64,000 nt of DNA, from contig BCKQ01000013.1 in assembly GCA_001600695.1 (NCBI GenBank), forward strand, positions 377,996 through 441,995, written 5' to 3'. The notes under the pieces were generated by a model. That model searched no databases, had not been told where the DNA came from, and was given only the letters and a program-made list of their open reading frames with translations. Each line of letters begins with the position of its first letter. Within the stretch, counting starts at the first letter, position 1. Source of the stretch: Ascoidea asiatica JCM 7603 (lineage: Eukaryota; Fungi; Ascomycota). Shown piece by piece: positions 24,390-38,373 of this stretch. Made by a program: the position numbers and the translations under genes.

Positions 24390-25190
24390 TAATACATCAA
24401 TTCAAATGGCCTTGCAACAGTGTGTGTACTGTTGAACAGATCATCGCATAGGATATTCTAGAGGCGTAAAATAGGACATGTCTGCTTACGGCAGCTAAAG
24501 CGTACAAAGTAGAAAGAGCCTAGGACTGTTACAAACCATAGTACTTGTGTATTTAAGAGCACATTGAAGCTAAGCCATTCTGAACGAAAAGCACGCAACA
24601 GGCGTTCTTAGCGTCTTAGGATATATGTCAAATCCCAATAATCAATGGCATCCAGACACGGCCGCCTTATGGATGCTTGAATTAGCTAAGCTTATTTTCA
24701 TGCGAGAGAAGCTATATTTCTCACTGTGCTTACCGAATTCTCTACCAATAAACAGGAGATGATTGGCTATTCGGTTAAGAATCTATTCCGAGCGGAGTTT
24801 AAGAATTAATAATTATCCCCCTCATTATTTTGCTCCCCCACTAGAGAGTGGACTGATTAGTTTACTATGATGAAACTGAAATGTGAACTTCAATTGATTT
24901 CTAATCAAATTTTGACCCCTTTTTACTAGGTAAACTTGATCCCATCTTTATTCTACCCAGGAATTCTTGAATTTTAGGGACTTGCCTCCGAACTACAGAG
25001 GTTTCTCCGAGACCTCGTATGAATCCAGAATCATTATACAACGAGTCGATGAATTTTTATTTTTTTAATCAATTTATTTAGATATGTGTTCAAAGATCAT
25101 AGATTTCCCACGAATAAATTGATTATTATATAGGTTCGAGAACAGTAAATTATATATTTCGAAACCGTAAAATGAATAAAAATTTAGAAT
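24390..25190 (+). mobile_element. 5'-truncated, diverged LTR-1 copy
   Basis: Colinear blocks AGCGTACAAAGTAGAAA, CCCCACTAGAGAGTGGACTGATT and GTAAACTTGAT shared with LTR-1. Confidence 0.8.
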
Positions 25191-26050
25191 ATGTTTTAGG
25201 TGATACTGTTCAGGACTAGGAGAAAAGAAAGTTTATATTATTCCCCCATATATCGTGGAGTCTAATGTTCAAAAGAAAACAACAATGGAAATGCTTGTTT
25301 TTTCGCATGAGAGAATCAAAATGTTATCATTGGGAAACCCATATGACCTTGGGTACACGCCAGTGCCCAAAACAGGGGCATCTAAATTTTTAACGAAAAG
25401 CTAGGGTTTGGTGAGGTATATTAGTAAACTAGATGATTCGAACCATTTAAAAGATGAAAGCAATGGAAGAAAACGAGTGTAGATTTTTGGTCAAACAATA
25501 ACTAACCACCTATCAGACTGAGGTAAAACACGAATAAATAGATAGAAAGTAATGATAACTGGTAATAAATATATATTAAAAGATAATAATAGGTAACATA
25601 AGTTACTGATTGGACTGAAGCATCTGCACTAATTTGTTTGAGACTCGTGGTTAACAAATTGGTAACTAAAAAAGTAAAGTATAACTTAAACCAAACCCCA
25701 GACGTCCAACGGCAGCATCTATACAGTAAGAGCTTTTATATAATTTTCCAAAGCAAAAAAAGTTGGTACCGAAGCGAGGGCTCGACATTATGACAAAATG
25801 GACAGATATTTTACAGAATTCAACGGTTCCCGATGACATGGGATAGTCAGGCTCGGATTATGCTAAAGGCTACAATCATAAACAGGGGTAATGATGCGGA
25901 GCTTGAGGTTTACTCTCCGGAACAAATTGTGTCAATGAAGGTCATCCGAAAGGTTCTTTTAAATGGCACCAAGCATGTGGATAAAATTGTTAGGAGCGTT
26001 TGACCTTTGAATAACATTGATATCCAAACACTAGTTGTCGTTGGTGGATT

Positions 26051-28620
26051 TACTTTTTAAATGTCAGGTTGGGTCCTAAGCTAACTTTTAACGTGATCAA
26101 TTTCGTAACCTAACCTCTTAACCTTTCAACTGACTGCAAACAAAAGTTTGAAAAAAGGAAAATTACGATAGAGGCACTTCCAGCACTAACAGTTTTTTCC
26201 AAAGTTCCAAGCATTTTCTACTTTGCCGAACCCCAAACTCTGGATAAAAACAAACAATGTGATTCTTTATAATACAAAAATAGTCAAAAAAATGCCCATA
26301 ATGGGAGGTCGAAGAATACACGTCCCCAACAGAGCTTTGGCTCACTCAAAAGAACAAAAACAACATTACAATCGTGATAGAGTATGTGATTGTATAGGAA
26401 CATCCTATACTCTACCTTTTTGTCGTGGTTCAACCTTCGTAAAATGCTATTATTTGTTAAACAGAACATCAACATACTAACCAAAACACAAAATGCTTGA
26501 ATAATTTCACTATTAACAGAAATCGAGTTTAAAATGCAACAATGGATTTATAACAATTATATCGAAGATGTGTATGAAATGTGAGAGCATCTCAAAAATT
26601 CTCCAATCAAAAGCCTTCTTCCGTCTTAAAATTAGGATGAGCAACGTGTCAAAACAACTTGTTTGTTAGAACGTTTGTTGATTATCAAAGTCCAAAAAAT
26701 TATGGAAGGTCGTCACACAAAATTAAGAACCAATCGTGCTAAGTATTGTAGAGACTTTAACGTATTTTCAATTACCAACAAGTGAATTAGAATTCATTAG
26801 TATTTCAGACGACCATGAAAACTTATAGTTACAAAATAAAACTAGTTGTACATTAGAACCCATTTTTTAGCAACAGTCTAATCGAAAAGAAAAATCTTCA
26901 AACATTATAGCTCTGTTTTTTGCTCAGTCTAAGCATTCTTTAGAATTGCAAACCAATAATCCTTTAAAAAATTTTTACCGTTTTGTGGATTCCACTTTTT
27001 AGTTTCCTACTATAAATTGCCAAACCTAAAATATAAGCACTATGATTATGATATAGATTATGTTAAAAATATAATTTCGAATGCAGATGGCATTGCGTTA
27101 TCAAGTCATCTCTGGACTTCGGCTTACGAAATATTTATTTTTGGTGAAAATATGCATTCTTTAAATAATAAAATAAAAAGTAAAGACTTTATCATTGCCT
27201 CTGAAAAAATTCATTATCCTCATTCAGGAGCAAATAGTGCAGATGAAATTAAAAACATAATAGTTTTTTTGGTTTTAAAAAAATTGGTTAGTACTACAAC
27301 AGATAATATGTCGAATACCTCGTTATGGTATGGCTCCATAGAAAGAGGTTTAAACAGGGAAGGTTCAAACTTTCCTGTTTCAACCTTTTTAAGATCCTTC
27401 AAAAATGGAGCCTTTGGTATTAGATGTTCAACTCATAATATAAATTTCGTTCTTTCTGATGATTTCAAACAATTACTTTAGAGTGACCTACCGAAGTTCA
27501 ACATTATGCTGGAAAACTAAACTATATGTTACCAATTTCAAATACTGGGAATCGAATGTAGCAGATGTTATTTGTCCCATTTCAGCCTTCCGCTGATTAC
27601 CTCAAAAATAAAAACAGCTTATCAACAAAATTTTAACTAGTCTCCTGTCAGTTGCAAAATTGAAGATATAGTTGAAAATATTTATGAACGCTGAAGTAGA
27701 TGTTTCAGGGCAGTTGGAATCGCAAACCGATGACGGAATTTTACTCATTTGGGTTTTCAGGATTGTTTGGTATTAAAAGAAGCATTTATTCAGTTTTCAG
27801 GTAAATATGCAACTAATTCTCAAATTGATGACTCTGTTGTTTGTAAAATTCCACAATTCGCTTAGCCTTTGAAACGTTTTTACGAGGTTACAATGATCTT
27901 CCGCATGAACTTATAGGTATTCTTCAATACAATTGTATTTTGGATTATTTAACAAAAAATATCTAAAATTATATAAGGTCCTATAATGCTGTAAAACATT
28001 TTTGGGTTAGGTTAATTTAGATTTGGTACAAAAAAACAAAAGAATATACAACTGAATTGGTTACAGAAAATCAGTTAGCTCACTTACCGTACTTGCTAAC
28101 TGGCGCCGATGCAAATTGGGAGTTTACAGCTGATAATAATCATAAAGCTAAATGTCTTTTAACAAATGTAAAAGAATTAATTGCTTCAATGCCAAATGAG
28201 GAAGCAATTACTAGTTCAAATATGCTCCTAAGATTAGAGACATTAAATTTCGGAGGAGATCCTACTAATAAAAATTTCCTTGATTATAATCAACTTCGCT
28301 TTATGTTTTCATTGCAAATGTTAGGCTTGAGAAACGTTAAATTTTGTGTAAATGTGCACAAATCTTTTGGGAAGAAAATCAAACCCGGTTCCCAAAATCA
28401 TACCAAATTGCTAACCTACTTTTTTCCTTTTAATCAACCAGTGTCCCAACGAAAAATAATTAAGTTTTACCCGAGTGGTTTACAAACTGTGAAGACTTAC
28501 ACTTTCTATTCAAAAATTATAAAAATTAATTGAAATTCTTATATCTCTACAAGTTAATTTTCGGGAAGATGTGGAGCTGGCTGAATCAGATTATTGCGAT
28601 GAAACCTTTTTTGACTCAAA
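26051..28620 (+). mobile_element. hAT transposon (copy 2), older relic of the same family; transposase pseudogene ~26534-28600
   Basis: Left end resembles 5890-5970; MQQWIY start, PHSGANSADEIK, TTTDNMSN, FLRSFKNGAFGIRCSTHNIN and VTENQL align with copy 1. Right end uncertain. Confidence 0.85.
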
Positions 28621-28733
28621 TCTATTTTTTAAATCCGATTTTGGTTTCACTTTGTTTATTCTATTTTTTTATTTTGTTCATTTTTTTTTTTTTTACTTGG
28701 GAATTGTTTTTTACTGATGTTATAGTCGAATAC

Positions 28734-30934
28734 TGTAACAGGCATTGTGACAGGTTTAAGTTCCGTGCTTACACCGATTGAGTCTCGGCTGTGAGAAGTC
28801 AAACAACCTAACACTATAGGTGTGGTAGCAAACCACTCAATAAATCAAATACATCGCTAGCCCTCTTCCCATTCTATCCCAAACATCCTTGTAAAATTAT
28901 AATTTTCCGCCCACTAATATACGTATTCCTTGGCGATTCCCTATATTGGTTAAGCCAAAAAAAATAATTGAACACTCAAAATAAGCAAACAACCTATCAA
29001 CAAATTAATAAAACAGAGTATTATAATCTCAATAAAAACGTAAATTAACAGCTTTCTATATCAAAGATGCATCCTCCAGACAATCCACAAGCAACAGATC
29101 GCACAACCAAAAGGTCGCAGAACCAACATATTTGAGAAACAATAAATGGTTCAACTGAAAAGCAACAAGAACAAAATCAACCAACCGAAGTTCAAGATGA
29201 TCAATCAAAAAAACATCCAGATGATCAACGAACAGAAAACCAAAATAAATGATTCCCCAGAGGAACCAGCAACAGATACCAAGAACGAATCTGAATCGAA
29301 CTACTCACCCTCAAAAGAAGAATCAAGTGATTAAAACTAAACCCCAGAAACTGACATAACTCCATCATTTCCTCCACCAGAAATCAAATATATTAGATCA
29401 AAACAAGAACAGATGTGGATGGAATACAATACTGTGAATCTGAAATAGAAACGTTTAAAGGAATGATCCACCCAATTATTTTTGAAGGACAATTATCAAT
29501 TACTAGACAGTCTATCCAAAGAATACTCAATGCTATCGATGTACAATTTATTTCTTTATTATGTAAAAGAAGAGCTGATGAAAATATCACTTTATTGCTC
29601 TGCTCAACAAAATTTGGCTATAGGCAAACACTAGATTTCTTTGCAGAATCAGCAAATAAGAATCAACCATTTAGTTCGGACTTCTTTTTCGATCCTGAAG
29701 GTGAGTATTTAATTGGAATAATGGAATCTTCCATAATTACTCTCACCAATCCCAAAAATGAAAAAGGATGATTTTTCTACAATATTACAATTATGAAAGC
29801 GTTTTTTATTAGAACCTGTAACAAAGAAAAAAGCTTTAGTTCCGTCCTACAACACAAAAATCCATATTCCTTTTCATAAAGGAGGTTGTAAATATCAAGT
29901 TTGATGCCTAATTTATGGATTATCTTATGGTCATGAATCTGAATTCTTTAAGAATTTAAATTTCATTCAACCGTTTAAACTTTGGATCAAAGGTATCATT
30001 TCAACTCTCGTAAACCATCAATTAATCTTCGACCATATTGATAGCAAAGTTCATGTATTAAAAACTGAACTAAATAAAAAACTAGCGCATGCCCATTCAC
30101 AATTTCAGACAAGATTAGTCAAAATATTTACAACCCAGACTCCCTTTTACTGGTAAACTAATCAATCAAAGAATTTTAAGAGTTGGTATTGCTTAATATA
30201 AACATTAGACCTCCATGTTAAACATTCATTAGAACTGAATGGCCTCGCATTGTCCCACTATCCGAAGTCCCTGATATTATAACTGCATTTTTAAATCAAA
30301 CAAATATAACAAATGGAACAACTGGAAGAGCCGAAATCATTAAGCTGTTTTGCAATACTCCAAGTGCAGTTTTCTTTTCAGTATTTCAAATAAGAAAAAA
30401 TTATAAACCATAAATCTTACAATTCCATTTTTTTTACTACCAACCAATATACGTGATCCACAGGAATTACTTATATTGGTGAAACCTCTAAACTTTATTT
30501 AGTTTGCAATCAATTTTTAACCAATCAAATTCGAGCTATTATTATTTTTTTTACTTTAACTTTCTTCAGATTTCCCCAGTACAATTAGCCAAGGCTCCTA
30601 TACAAAACTATCAAAACACAAAAACTGTATGAATCCTTTACTTCCCTTCAAATGTTTAGTTTTTTCAGATCTTTCTTTTATTACGGCGGAAGTATATTAA
30701 ATTTTGGTATATAACACTATCCAAATTTAAAATTTCTACTATTGGATACTTATTTTATTTTATTTCACATTATTGCTTTTATACTGTAATTATAATATAC
30801 TATAGATTCCTTTATCTTATTGTTGATCTGTACAGCCAATTTCCGAAGCTCCCCCGATCTTCTTGGGCAATCCTAAGTCATGCTGTAATTTTTAAAGTTT
30901 ATAAAAATTACCTCTTCGAAATCTCAAACTGGAG
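28734..30934 (+). mobile_element. Unclassified repeat 'family A', best-preserved plus-strand copy; ORF relic ~29067-30500
   Basis: 5' motif CAGGTTTAAGTTCC (28751); peptides ILNAIDVQFISLLCKRRADENITLLL and IPFHKGGCKYQV*CLIYGLSYGHE...FKLWIKGI; 3' motif GAAGCTCCCCCGATCTTCTTGGGCAAT (30845); inverted motif CTCAAACTGGAG (~30923-30934). Confidence 0.65.
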
Positions 30935-32075
30935 TTTTTAACTCGAGAATGGGGCTGGAATGTGTGTTTTGTTCTCATTTTCTGTTATAAGTAGAAGTAA
31001 TACCTTCCTTAACGTTGGGCAAGCACAAGCAGCGGGTGATAGAGTTTCTGGTTAGAACTCCTATAATGGTGTTTTTTCTTTGTATCTAGTTCGCATCTAT
31101 TGTTGAGAATATTTTTGCCGACTTTGCGGCCGACTAGTGGGTACTTAGTGTTTCTTGAAATGAACACCTGGTTGCTGATTGGGAGGAAAAATATGACCAT
31201 GTCAAATTTTTACTGACGTTTGCTAAGGTTTTGAAGAGTGGTATCAAATTCTACCCTTTTTTAGATGAGAATAGGAATTTTTAAAAGCACGTCGTGACTG
31301 TGTGCAGTTTTAATCCTTTGCTTGTTGATCTTAGGAACATTTTAATAGAAAAGAACAACTTGAAGAGGTTGCAAATGATAAAAAAAATTTATTCTAGGCT
31401 CCCAAACGAATTTATTACTGACATTTACCTAAATTTTGCCACTAAAAAGTCTTGCTTTACTTATTTCCATTACTTGGATCTTAGACAGCTTGGGAATAGA
31501 GAAAGCATTTTCACTTTTAATAAGTTACTTACGAAGGGTTCCGGTTTGTGAATGCTACGCTTGACAGACCGAAAAATATACTTTGTTTCTGGACAAACAA
31601 CAAATTCTACACGGATTCACCGATTAAACTATTGTCAACAGCCAGGTCTTATAAGTTTGTTATTACTGTCTAAAGGTGCATGTAAACCCATCATGAGTAT
31701 TACGACCACGATAATGAAGCTCTTAAATATTGGCTTCAGCGACTGAGTTACCGGCGAATAAACAGTCTCGCTCTAACGTGATTACACGGTGGGGATGATT
31801 GAGTATATCACCATTACTTCTTTGTTACTGGACAAGAAGAATTAGTCCCGGTTGCTATACAAAACCGTAGTCGAACGCCGTACAAGTAAGTACAGTTATT
31901 CTCTCGTGATTAGAATTCAACTACAGAAAAAATGACGCTCTCAAAAGTTGCGGATGCGTTGTTTGTTTGTTCGGTTATTATGAGTGGGACCTGTACATTA
32001 TATTTGTGTACAGGTACAGCCTATTTGTAAATAGGAACTTAATAAATTTCTTGAAATATTTACAGGCGACAATTG

Positions 32076-32344
32076 GTAACAGACCCGCCTTAGTGGTAGT
32101 AATTCGAACCTTAGCAATACCTGTATTCTTTCATTGATGTATTCGAATCCGGTTGATTGTTGAGTTATGACGGGATTGCGATTTATTGCATTGCCATATT
32201 TTCTTAATAGGTCTTTTATATGAGCTGTAATACTTTACTCTGTCATTAATACTTCGCGAACCGGCAGCAGAAAAGCAGCGTAAAGAATAAATTAGTGAAA
32301 CGTCATCTGTGTATAGTTCAAGGTCCGAACCAGGACCCCTTAAC
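32076..32344 (-). mobile_element. Probable short solo LTR (~270 bp)
   Basis: Flanked by direct repeat AATTG; minus strand TGTTAAGG...TATAAAAG...AATAAA...CTGTTAC. Confidence 0.55.
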
Positions 32345-33649
32345 AATTGGCCTTTCCATCACCGGGCCTAGAAGAGTGGTATTTAGAAAGTATTATGCAG
32401 ACAGAACGAAGGAGTAATTGACTGAAGAGTGGTTGTGGTTAGTAAGAGTGAAATAACTTGTATACAGCCTGTAGTCCAAAGACGACTTATGTCTTCTGTA
32501 ACTTCAAAAATTACACGAGAATTTGAGGCTTTCTTGATATTTTATATAGGAAGTTAGAAGGATTAACGTAAGCGGTGATGGAATCTAGCGCCGGTACCGA
32601 GCCATGAAGGTGAACATGTCTGGACGAACGCTTAACTGGTGCGTTAGTGGAATCTGTGACGTATATTCCATTTAAAATATAGAGCACCGTGTAAAAGGCA
32701 CTGTTGAAAGGCGAGTGAATACATTCAGAGACCTTACCCATAGTAAAAAATGGACAATAATATGATAGTGATAATAGGGAAGATAGCCTTGCAGGAAAAA
32801 ATATTCAACAGAATCCTGATAATGTCACCGGCGGAAGGTGATTTTCATCTGGCCATGTTCTGCTTGATAGATAGCTGTCGTGACTCTGAAAGTAGTTGGC
32901 TTTATAGATTCATTATAAATAATTTAACGGTTCAATGGCTAACTTAAGTTGTAATCAAGAGTATTTTAAGTTGTAAAGCAAAGAACCCTTTAAATATACA
33001 TTGGAAACAAACGTCAAATATAATTCCCACCAGCTTGACAGTACAAACTTTGAATATTGATTCTTGGATAGAGGAAAGATTAGAAAAGACCATACATAAT
33101 CGGGTAAGGCAGGGTACTAAATATTATTACAAGATGAATATAGGCATGCCAGATGCGATTGAGTCCATGTAGGTGTATTAACAATAACGGAGCCCTTATA
33201 AATTAGTATGCTAACCACTTTGAACGAAAATGGACTAGCCTCAATTAGTATGCTAGCCGTTTTAAAGTATTGAGACAAATGCTTCAAGTATAATTTCGGA
33301 CCTATATTCTTATCATATTAAATTAAAAGAAAGTTCATTTTAAAATAAGTTTCATTTTTTATTAGGTGCTTCTCTTTTGATATGTGTTTCCACTTTGGTT
33401 ATGATTACCTTATTTATTGTTCTTGTTTGTGTATATATTTCCCCTAGGAAGCTAACTTTTTTTGCATTTTAGTAACAAAATTAATATATAACAGACCTTG
33501 AGGCACTTTTATTTATATTTTTTTAAATTAACGTTAACTATTAGATTATTATTAAATTTTACTATTTATATTAAATGTCCATTTAACTCAATTAATTTAA
33601 ATTCGAACTCTTTAAATGAAATAATTGGCCAATTTGAAAATAAGTTGCG

Positions 33650-34890
33650 ACTGTATCTCGCTCTCATCTTAGATATTTATGTTCAACATGATTAAAAAAA
33701 TTTTTTGTTGATGGTTGATCAGATATTTCAATTGCTAGTTCAGTCATAACGATTTTTGAAAACATAATTAATGGAAGTGCAAATCATATTATACTTCCAA
33801 TTTGTATCTGCAAATTACAGTTAATTATTTCATATAAAGAACCAGCAACGATTTATATCCGCGTAAATTATAGCTTTAGTTAATAGTTAGTTATTGTCAA
33901 TTATTTTTGGTTTAACATTATCCTTTTTTCAATTTTGTTTATTTATAATTTAACTTTTAACTCATAATTTAAGTTATGTATTAAGTCAACACGATTTATT
34001 TTTTTTATTCGGTCTGTTTGATTTTGCGAAATACAAAAACATATTATTTATGAAAAATAGTTTTCAAAAATTATTTGTCAGATAATTTTACTACTGACAA
34101 GGATAAGCTCAATCAAAATGGCTTTGCAGCTAAACTAGGTCAACATTCAACATTAATTAGTAATATTAGTCATAACATTGAATAAATTAAGGCTGTGCTT
34201 GAAATAGAAATCAGTAAAGAGCTGCATAGAAGAATTAAATATAACAATGGACATAAACATCAACAGTTATCGAAAACTCAAAAATTTTTGTATCATTATA
34301 TCGATGGTACAGTTCTCGATAGACAAACCAATTCCCCTTGGAAAATTTATTATCAATACTAATAACTGTCAAATTGCTGTTTTACACAAATGAATCCATA
34401 TCAAAAAATAAAATTTAAAGTTTTTCGAGACTTTTGGAGATTGGTTCACCGTAATTGTTTTGATTTTTCTTATTTTACGTTTATTACGAGATTCAAAATG
34501 TTTAATGAAGTTATTCTTCATTGCAGTAATGCTTCTGTGTCTAACGGAGAGCCTAAGTTCACTGGTACGTCTTAGCTACAATTATGTTTTTAATACTAGT
34601 TTCAAATATTCATTTGTTTTCAATATAGTTATGTATTTAATTTTCTGCTATGAAGCCCTTTTATTTATTGTATAAGTTATTTTTTTGTTCAATATTAAAT
34701 TTCCGTGATTCTTAATCTTAGCGATTTTTCAACGCGTTCTTTTAGGTAAATATTTCTTTTAGTCTATCTTATTTAAAACATAGGCCTGTAAGAAACCAGA
34801 ACAAGAAAGGCGATTTGTACTTGCTCATACGACCGGATGAATTAAAGAACCGCAGTGTGGTTAACCAAAATTTCCCGGTACTTTAGTAAT
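33650..34890 (+). mobile_element. Family A partial copy
   Basis: NGFAAKLGQH...IKAVLEIEISKEL resembles KGIISTLVNH...VHVLKTELNKKL of the 29-30 kb copy; AATTTCCCGG (34869) matches the 3' motif of the 54-kb copy. Confidence 0.4.
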
Positions 34891-35559
34891 TGATTTAATT
34901 AGCTGAAACCCAGTTATACATGTGGATGTCATTGGGCGAGATTTATATCGACCGTGTCTCGTCCAAAAAAAAGAATTTTCAGGTTTCTGAGCGAAACACG
35001 CTCAGTTAAAAAATCGTTTCTTTCTGATCGAAGCACGCTCAGCTAAATGGAATTGCGTTTATCTGAGCGTGATTTGAAAAGAGCCTGTAGGTTGTTTTTA
35101 GCTGCCTAAAAGCATTTAAAATTTGGCAAGCAGGTTGTTTGAATCCAGGGTTTTTCGGAAATTTTTTTTCCTTTTGAAAATATGCAGAATTGATCGAGCT
35201 GGTAGCTATCAAACAATACTCTCTCCTAGCCTCATCGTGCAATATCCTGGGGCAGGCTGTAAGGTGTGGGGCTTTGCACACTGTGCGCCACCGACTTTTT
35301 TCGGTCGCTCGCAAAACCACAAACCTCGCTCGTGACTTTTCAGTCGCTAATTTCTTCGAAGAACAAGACAAGCCTAACTTATTTAATATGTAGCATAATT
35401 GATTGTTCTGTATAAGAAACGGAAACCCAATGTCGTTCATCAGATCCCCAATCCTCACCAGTGCCACATGCAGTTTCATATCCGTCCTCATGTGGAATAA
35501 TAAGATTTTTCATGGAAACCTCTTTGAAATCCTTCCGGCGCATCGGTGTCACTTTACTG

Positions 35560-36106
35560 GGGAAAGCTTTAACCTTTTTTGTTTGTAGTTGGCATCGGCT
35601 ACCTCTAACTTGGCTTTATAGTCAATTTTTTGTTTAAGCTGTTATAACTAACGTTAGAAACAGAGAGGTGAGTTTTTTTTTTTAATGATGTTTAGCTCCT
35701 CATATTTTGTTAGTATTTTATTTTTCAAATCCCTTCATTCTCTAGCAATGCTAATTCGTTCTTCTTTTGAATATTTTACATCGACTATCTCAAAAGCAGT
35801 TAGCGACTTATCGGAACAGCGGTAAAAATAATACTTTACATGTAGCTTCACCCTCAACCAAAATTCGACGATCTACCATAACCTTGGCGACAAGATAGGG
35901 GTTACAGCTGACCAACTTTTTCAAAACAAGAGCCCAAAATCATTCTTCCCAACGCTGACAGGAATTAGAGCGCTTTGACAAAACCTTTTCAAATCGGCAG
36001 AATAAACATACTTGGCGAAGTCATGTGACCATAATACAATAAAGTTTCCTTGCCCCACTGACAAAGGTAACACCACTTTTTTAAATGGTTCGATTTTAAA
36101 AAACAT
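35560..36106 (-). pseudogene. Possible pogo/Fot1-type transposase C-terminal relic
   Basis: GKNDFGLLF*KSWSAVTP resembles the post-DDE 'K.DF..LF..AW..VTP' segment; catalytic motifs not seen. Confidence 0.25.
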
Positions 36107-37092
36107 AATATAAGTAAATTGTGAAAAGCAGATGGAAATATTAATCTACCTCTTTTATATGGGAGTTAATATGTTGAAAGACTAAATTGCATGGATTCAG
36201 CGCATATAGGTCACGTGACGCGTGACCGCAAGAGGAGCTCCTAACCTGATGCAGATATTTCTATACCTGGTAGGCCACAACACAAAGGAAAAACTTTTTT
36301 TGTTTTTATCTTTTTTTTGTTGTCTTTGCTCCTCACACTTATCAGATTTTTCAGATGACTCGTATCCTAAATCTATCTTTGAAACTTTCGGTCGTACGTT
36401 GACAACAACGCGAGCAAACTAAGTTTGTAAGTCAAGTTTGGGAAAACGAAAATTTGATAACTGTAATAATAAAAATAATAATAATAATAACTATCATAAT
36501 ACTAAATAACTGTTATACTATACAATAATCATTTAAAATATAATAGTAAGAGGAGTCTCACTAGACAATGTTCACAATGATTATAAAAATAATAATCCTA
36601 GTTTCAGTATTTATACTTGTAAGCTTAATTAATATTGCAATATTAAATTTAACTAATACCATTAATAGTAATATTTTTAAAAGTAAAACAAATTTCATAT
36701 CTCATAAAAGCAGTATAGAATCATAGAACCACTAATTTGAAATATAATAATATTATTACACAATAATAAGCAAACTCATAAAAAGTTTTAATATAATTAA
36801 TACTAAGAATTTCTATTCTAATTTCAGAAAATAATATTCTAAAAGCTAAGGAACCACTTCGCAACCCACAAAAAAACTCTTATAAAACATTTCGTTAACA
36901 GTATTGCTCGTTACAAGTTATTATTCAAAGGAAAAAGTTAGTTGGTATTTTAGGAAACTAAATTAATAATATTACATTACATCTGTTATTAGAGAATTTG
37001 CTACTATAATTGTGTTTGTGTTCAAAAATAATATATACTTCTTTCCATTACTGCGTTGCTCTCCTCAACATAATACAATTTTGGGTTTTAAA

Positions 37093-37774
37093 ATGATTGA
37101 ACCCTACTTTGATTGAGTCTAACGGATCACGATCTGCACACCCTAATGAGGACAGCTTGTCGACTATAATTCCAAAACGTTGGCATGATGACAGTTTAGT
37201 GAATCTGTTAATTAAATATCTTCCAAGTTCAATTCCAGATACATATTGGTCAGAAGGCGCTAATGACTATTTGCTGCAACCCTTGTACTGGTGCAATAGT
37301 TTTGTTTTGTATTTGAATCCAAATATGTTTCCCTTAATTTCATCCAATGGGGTGTTAAATAAATTAACGCCGAATTTTCTAACATCGGCCAGGTGGTCTA
37401 CAGAATCTGCTACTGATGATCTGCTGCAAATTGTTTTAGTTACGGCGTATTTCTACCACAACCACTGGCTCACAGTGTTCTCCCAAACTAAAGTGAATCC
37501 CAATGATTCTTCTTGTTATATTGTAGCTTCGTTATCTGGGTCAAAAAAATTAGAACCATTAGAAAAAGATCAAATGATGCTTTCATGCTTGCTCGGCTGC
37601 GCTTTTGATTCAATTAATATGAAGCAAACATTTACGGACTTTGACAGTCAAAAGAACAGTTATTATTGTGGTTATTTTGCAGCCTCATACTTCACTGCTC
37701 TCGTTCAACTAATTCAAACAAAAACTTCAATTACTGGAACTGATGTTTTTAAAACGCGCCGACAAATATCGTAA
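37093..37774 (+). pseudogene. Ulp1/peptidase C48-like domain, probably the N-terminal part of the adjacent integrase gene
   Basis: 225-codon open frame with YHNHWLTV (catalytic His-Trp) and SQKNSYYCGYFAA (Q-x-N-x-x-[D]-C-G). Confidence 0.65.
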
Positions 37775-38373
37775 GATTCCATTGACACTCTAAATGAGAG
37801 CTTCTAGAAGTTCATCGATACAGATATCATACTTCCTAAAAATAACAAGTGCTCTTCAATAGACTATGACGTCATTTCCACAATAGCAGATATTTAAAAA
37901 AGGGAGTTGGATACAGAAAGTCATTCTAGTCAAGAACTGTGTAAGAAAAAAAAATCAATGATTCTCATGAATTGGCAGACAACCTTTAGTCCTAGAAAGC
38001 CGTTCAGTCAGAAATGAATTGACCAAAACAATTTCATAGCCGTTTAATAACTAAAGATAATACATAACCGGGTAATAATGGTTCGAACTTAGTCACTTAG
38101 AAAATAGAATCCATTAGCCGTACTTCTCCTACAGTCACGTGATATGGAAAACAAAGTTTTACTGAACACAGTAGCAGTGACGGCGTTCAAATAACTTATA
38201 AAAAGGCAAAAATACTACTTGCTTCAATAAATCTGAGTACCCAAATTTATGACCTCAGCAGTGTTTACTTTTACAAGAAAAAAAATATACGAGACAAATT
38301 AAAAATAAACAATCGCAAACTAAAAACTAATCGTTTAGTTTTACAATCAATAGATTGAAATTTTAGTAGTTGG

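Noticed and set aside
28751-28764. CA+GGTTTAAGTTCC as a retrotransposon primer-binding site
   Set aside because: Its complement does not fit a canonical tRNA anticodon loop or 3' CCA end, and no gag/pol follows.
28810-28816. AACACTA as right TIR of hAT copy 2
   Set aside because: No matching TSD, and it falls inside the family A 5' region.
35039-35491. 150-aa ORF as a Tc1/IS630 transposase
   Set aside because: Only a faint HTH-like phrase (LCYILNKLGLS); no DDE motifs.
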